This document shows positions 60,135 to 64,000 of a stretch of 64,000 nt of DNA, piece by piece. Below the pieces are notes generated by a model, which worked only from the letters and a program-made list of their open reading frames with translations, was not told where the DNA came from and did not search any database. The stretch's first letter is position 1, and each line of letters starts with the position of its first letter. The translations under genes and the position numbers were made by a program. Origin of the DNA: Chloroflexota bacterium (lineage in GTDB: Bacteria > Chloroflexota > UBA11872 > VXOZ01); NCBI GenBank assembly GCA_963663275.1, contig OY760183.1:128001-192000 (forward strand), in the 5' to 3' direction.

Positions 60135-60905
60135 GTGAGGCCCGGTATCCAGCGCAATGATAGCGACCAACTGCCGTGGGGTATGCGCGCGGTGTTGCTG
60201 GTGTGGTTGCTCTGGCTCGTGTTAGCGTTCATTGGCCGGACGCTGCTCGACCTGTACGTAGCGTTCGCGCCGCTGCGCTACCTGGGCGGCGCCAGCCCAC
60301 TGACGTTGCGCGGCACCAGCCTTGCTCCCGGCTACATGGTCGCCGGTGTGTTGCTCGTCCCCATACTCGTCGCGGCCGCCATTGCCTTGCGCCTGGTGGC
60401 GCGCCGCTACGCCGGCGCTCCCCTGGAGGCGCTGGCGTTTACGCGGCTGAATCCCGTGTGGATGTTGGCGGCGGTGGTGCTGGTGGGCGTGCTGCTGGCG
60501 TTTCTGCTGCGGTTCGCCCTGGGCTGGTCGAACTACCCGCTGCCGCTGCTGGAGCCGCCCGCCGGCTTCTTCTCCGCGCTCGACGTGGCGCTGTACTGCG
60601 TGAGCGTGCCGCTCACGGCGCTGCTGGCGGGGGCGCTGGTATTTGGATTCTGCTATCCGGCGCTGGTGGGGCGCTTGGGCGTCTGGCCAGGCGGGTTCGC
60701 CTGCGCCGTAGGCTTCGCGCTGCCGCAACTTGCCGCCCAGGGCGTCTACTGGCAACCGGCGGCGGCGCTGCTGGCGATGGGAGCTTACCTGACCGCGGTG
60801 CGCTGGCGCGCGGATTCGGCCTACACCGCTACGCTGGGCTATACCGGCGTTGCCGTCTATCTCGCGCTCTCGGCGGCCGTGTCGGAAATGGCCGCGGCGG
60901 CATAA
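60135..60905 (+). CDS. CPBP/Abi-like membrane protein, catalytic motifs absent
   Basis: 7-8 TM; layout resembles CPBP (F.L.Q, Y..R.R.DS) but no EExxxR or His motifs. Confidence 0.5.
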   Translation: MRPGIQRNDSDQLPWGMRAVLLVWLLWLVLAFIGRTLLDLYVAFAPLRYLGGASPLTLRGTSLAPGYMVAGVLLVPILVAAAIALRLVARRYAGAPLEALAFTRLNPVWMLAAVVLVGVLLAFLLRFALGWSNYPLPLLEPPAGFFSALDVALYCVSVPLTALLAGALVFGFCYPALVGRLGVWPGGFACAVGFALPQLAAQGVYWQPAAALLAMGAYLTAVRWRADSAYTATLGYTGVAVYLALSAAVSEMAAAA

Positions 60906-60917
60906 ACTCGAACCGTT

Positions 60918-61022
60918 TTGCCGACGACCCCGGCCACTTGGCCGAAGGCCCTGGCCGCCTGGCCGACGACCCCGACCGCTTGGCCGAAGGCCCTGGAACC
61001 TGGCCGAAGACCCCCGGCCGCC
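60918..61022. repeat. Five ~21-bp tandem repeats (TGGCCGA.G.CCC.GGCC) with a 42-bp higher-order period
   Basis: Units at 60918, 60939, 60960, 60981, 61001. Confidence 0.85.
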
Positions 61023-61432
61023 TAGCCGTCGGCGTGCTGCCAGAGATAGCGGCCGGTAGCGCAGGCCACCACCACAAAGAGCGGATCGATAATCGCCCAG
61101 ATGGTCTGGCTGACGACGCTCTGCGCGTCAGTCTCCAGGTTCAGGAAGTCGAACCAGTTCCAGAAGAACCACAGGGCCAACAAGAGGGTTATCCACAAGG
61201 CCGCGTTGGCCGCCAGGCGCGCGGATCCGCTGGCTTCATCAGCGGCGCGCACGCGCCGCGCGTGCACCCCCAACGCCGCCACGATGCCCACGGCCATGAA
61301 CCAGTCCAGCACACCCCACACCGCGATGGGATCGACGACCTCCCGATAGAATGACGAAAACATGAAGTGCGCCGCCACCACCAGGGCTGCGGCCATGAGA
61401 TACACCGCAAGCGCCTTCTTTGCCACGTCCAT
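61022..61432 (-). CDS. Hypothetical 4-TM membrane protein
   Basis: Four hydrophobic segments; RBS GAAAGGA. Confidence 0.65.
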   Translation of the reverse strand: MDVAKKALAVYLMAAALVVAAHFMFSSFYREVVDPIAVWGVLDWFMAVGIVAALGVHARRVRAADEASGSARLAANAALWITLLLALWFFWNWFDFLNLETDAQSVVSQTIWAIIDPLFVVVACATGRYLWQHADG

Positions 61433-61487
61433 GCGCGCCGTTCCTTTCTATAGTCGAAACCCACTTCGTAGCGCGGAGGCTTATGCT

Positions 61488-61657
61488 CAAAGCCGTCGCA
61501 TTAACTTCTGACTCAGGTAACCACGGCGAATCCGCGCTCTTAATGCGCTTCACCTGGGGTCAACGCGGTGTAGGGGCACGACATGTCGTGCCCCTACACC
61601 GCGTGCCAAGCCGTGTAGAGGCTCTTAGTCGTGACCTCCACTTTTGCGACAGCATTG
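61488..61657. mobile_element. MITE-C copy (reverse orientation) in a degenerate GTAG REP
   Basis: GTAGCGCGG-AGGCTTATGCT|CAAAGCCGTCGCA...TGCGACAGCATTG|AAACTCGTACC. Confidence 0.8.
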
Positions 61658-61710
61658 AAACTCGTACCCGACCTCCCGGCCCCGTATCCACGCGCTCTTG
61701 AGCCAAACGT

Positions 61711-64000
61711 TTAGCAACGCGAGTACCCGCACACGAGGCACTTCTCGCAGCCTTCCTCGTAGACCACGCCGGCCGCGCCGCAATCCGGGCAGATTTCGCC
61801 GTGCCGCGCTTCATGAGCCGGGGCCGCGGCTTGCGCCCCGGCCAAGCCGAGTTGCACCACCGACGCCTCTTCGGCGGCGGACGCGCCGTTGCCGTTGATC
61901 CCCGTGGGAATATCGTAGATTTCGGCGATGACCTGCGCGATGGCGTCGGGCACCGAGAGCACCCGGTTCGGGCCGATGCCCGTCACGTCCAGCGAGCCGA
62001 TGCCGCGTAGGTGCTTGTAGTGCTCCCTGATGGGCACGCCGCTGCGCAGGCCGAGCGTAATCGAGCGCGCCAGCGCCTCCAGATACGCCTGATCCGCCGT
62101 GCCGGCCTTGCCCAGAGTCAGGAAAATCTCGATCGGCCGGCTGTCCTGACCTTCGCCGACGGAGTTGATGGTGACGTAGAGGTCGCCGCGCGCCGTGACT
62201 TTCTTTACGGTCACGCCGGCAACCACCGCCGGGCGTTTGCGCGGATGCATGGCTACCGGCACCGCCGGACTGTGCGGCTGCTCCGCGACTGCGTCTTTCG
62301 CCGCCTCTTTCTCAACGGTCTCTTCCTTCGGCTTCGCCGCCTTCTCATCCTCCACGCGGGAGAGCACCGGCGTGCGCGAGCCGTCGCGGAAGAAGGTGAT
62401 GCCCTTGCAGCCCAGGTCGTAGGCCAGGGTGTAGAGCTTCTCCACGTCGGCTACCTCATAGGAATTCGGCGCGTTCACGGTTTTGGAAATGCTGGAGTCG
62501 GTGAATTCCTGCACAACAGCCTGCACGCGCACGTGGTCCTCCGGCCGCAGGTCGTTGCTGGAGGCGAAATAGTCCGGCACGGGCGCGCCGTCGTGGGCGT
62601 CCTTCCACGCTTTGAAGAGCGGGTGGTAGAGAATGTGCTCGCCAGTGCGGTCCACGCGCTTCATGGCAAAGTCGAACACCGGCTCGATGCCGCTGGAAAC
62701 GCCGGAGAGCAGCGAGGTGGTGCCGGTGGGCGCTTGGGTGAGCAACACACCGTTGCGGATGCCGTGGGCGGCAATCTGCTCTTGCAGCGCCGCAGGCAAC
62801 TGCCGGATGAAATCGCCCCGCATGTATTTCTCCGCGTCGAAGTGCGGAAACGGCCCTTTCTCCTTGGCAATCTCCATCGAGGCGCTGTAGGAAGCGTCGC
62901 GGATAGTGCGGTAGATGCGCTCCACCACCGGCATCGACTCCTCGCTGCCGTAGCGCACTTTCAGCTTGATGAGCGCGTCGGCAAGCCCCATGGTGCCCAG
63001 GCCCGTGCGGCGCGTGCCGTGGCGTTGCTGCCGCTCGTTGTCGTCGATGAAGTAGGGCGTGGCGTCGATGACGTTATCCAGGAAGCGGATGGCGATTTTG
63101 GACGTCTCGGCCAGCAGGTCGTAGTCCATCGCGCCGTCTTCTACGAACGCGGAAAGATTGATCGCGCCCAGATTGCACACGCCCCAGGCGGGCAAGCCCT
63201 GCTCGCCGCAGGGGTTCACGCAGCGGATTTGCTCGAAGTACCAGGTGTTGGAGCGTTTCTGATAGCGCTCCATGAAGACCAGCCCCGGCTCCGCCGAACG
63301 CCAGGCGGCTTCGCAAATCTTCTGCCAGATCTCCCGCGCCTTGACCGTGCGCTGGACGGTGACGCCCTTGCCCAAGGCGCGCCACGCGGCCAAGTCGCCG
63401 TTCCAGACGTCGTCGTACTCCGGGTCGGTGGTGTCCGGGAAGACCAGGTCCCAATCGTCGTCGGCTTTCACGGCCTCCATGAACGAGTCGGAAGCGCAGA
63501 TGGAAAGGTTGGCGTGGTTGATGCGGGAGAGGTCGGTCTTGACCGTGATGAACTCCTCGATGTCCGGATGCCAATCGTCCAGCATGAGCATGAGCGCGCC
63601 GCGCCGGGAGCCGCCCTGCTGGATGACGTCGCCGGTGGCCACCGAGTACAACTCGCCCCAGGAGCACGGCCCGCTGGCGGTGCCGTTCACCGAGCGAATA
63701 TACGACCCGCGCGGCCTGAGGCTGGAAAGATTGATGCCCACGCCGCCGCCGCGCGCCATGATCTCCGTCATGGTGCTCAGGTTCTCCAGGATGCCGCCGC
63801 GGCTATCCTGCGGCGAGGGAATGACGTAGCAGTTGTAGAAGGTGACCTCGTGTCCCGTGCCCGCGCCGGCCAGGATGCGGCCGCCGGGGACGAACTTGAA
63901 GTCCCGCAGCGCGTGGTAGAATTGTTCTTCCCAGGCGGTGCGGACTTCCTCCTCTTCCACGGCGGCGATGCCGCGCGCCACCCGCCGCCACATCTGCTCC
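61711..64000 (-). CDS. nrdJ: Adenosylcobalamin-dependent (class II) ribonucleotide reductase, 5' end outside window
   Basis: PGGR, NCY, GG.RRGA, NPCGEQ, CNLG, APTGT, SISKT; C-terminal SVPDA domain and CPDC..CLVCGYSRC. Confidence 0.93.
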   Translation of the reverse strand, partial: EQMWRRVARGIAAVEEEEVRTAWEEQFYHALRDFKFVPGGRILAGAGTGHEVTFYNCYVIPSPQDSRGGILENLSTMTEIMARGGGVGINLSSLRPRGSYIRSVNGTASGPCSWGELYSVATGDVIQQGGSRRGALMLMLDDWHPDIEEFITVKTDLSRINHANLSICASDSFMEAVKADDDWDLVFPDTTDPEYDDVWNGDLAAWRALGKGVTVQRTVKAREIWQKICEAAWRSAEPGLVFMERYQKRSNTWYFEQIRCVNPCGEQGLPAWGVCNLGAINLSAFVEDGAMDYDLLAETSKIAIRFLDNVIDATPYFIDDNERQQRHGTRRTGLGTMGLADALIKLKVRYGSEESMPVVERIYRTIRDASYSASMEIAKEKGPFPHFDAEKYMRGDFIRQLPAALQEQIAAHGIRNGVLLTQAPTGTTSLLSGVSSGIEPVFDFAMKRVDRTGEHILYHPLFKAWKDAHDGAPVPDYFASSNDLRPEDHVRVQAVVQEFTDSSISKTVNAPNSYEVADVEKLYTLAYDLGCKGITFFRDGSRTPVLSRVEDEKAAKPKEETVEKEAAKDAVAEQPHSPAVPVAMHPRKRPAVVAGVTVKKVTARGDLYVTINSVGEGQDSRPIEIFLTLGKAGTADQAYLEALARSITLGLRSGVPIREHYKHLRGIGSLDVTGIGPNRVLSVPDAIAQVIAEIYDIPTGINGNGASAAEEASVVQLGLAGAQAAAPAHEARHGEICPDCGAAGVVYEEGCEKCLVCGYSRC

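Noticed and set aside
61711-64000. Intein or intron in nrdJ
   Set aside because: The visible part is collinear with class II RNR motifs, with no insertion at NPCGE or elsewhere

Overview
High-GC bacterial chromosomal segment. The gene set (Pro/Thr-rich LysM lipoprotein, tandem YIP1 genes, PaREP1, PhyH, class II RNR, DUF58/transglutaminase) suggests Chloroflexota; this is inference only. About 46 CDS are present: housekeeping genes (hflX, pstSCAB, proB, proA, plsY, fabI, glyA, rlmB, dcd, tsaC, nfo, sthA, partial nrdJ) mixed with accessory hydrolases and transporters. No rRNA, tRNA, CRISPR array or transposase was recognised. The most striking signal is intergenic. At least seven REP-like palindrome families occur, together with three families of non-autonomous TIR elements (MITEs). 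Each MITE carries a REP hairpin or REP pair as cargo, and two families insert site-specifically into other REP hairpins with target-site duplications (11 bp and 8-9 bp). Both an empty and a filled copy of one target lie in the window. These repeats also affect genes: an in-frame REP insertion in an ABC transporter, repeat-supplied stop codons, and a triplicated gene start that creates two 14-codon upstream ORFs. Protein-level oddities are a tandem-AAA+/VWA pair with non-canonical Walker B motifs, a transglutaminase-like protein lacking its catalytic Cys, and a single-base frameshift that fuses pstC to pstA.
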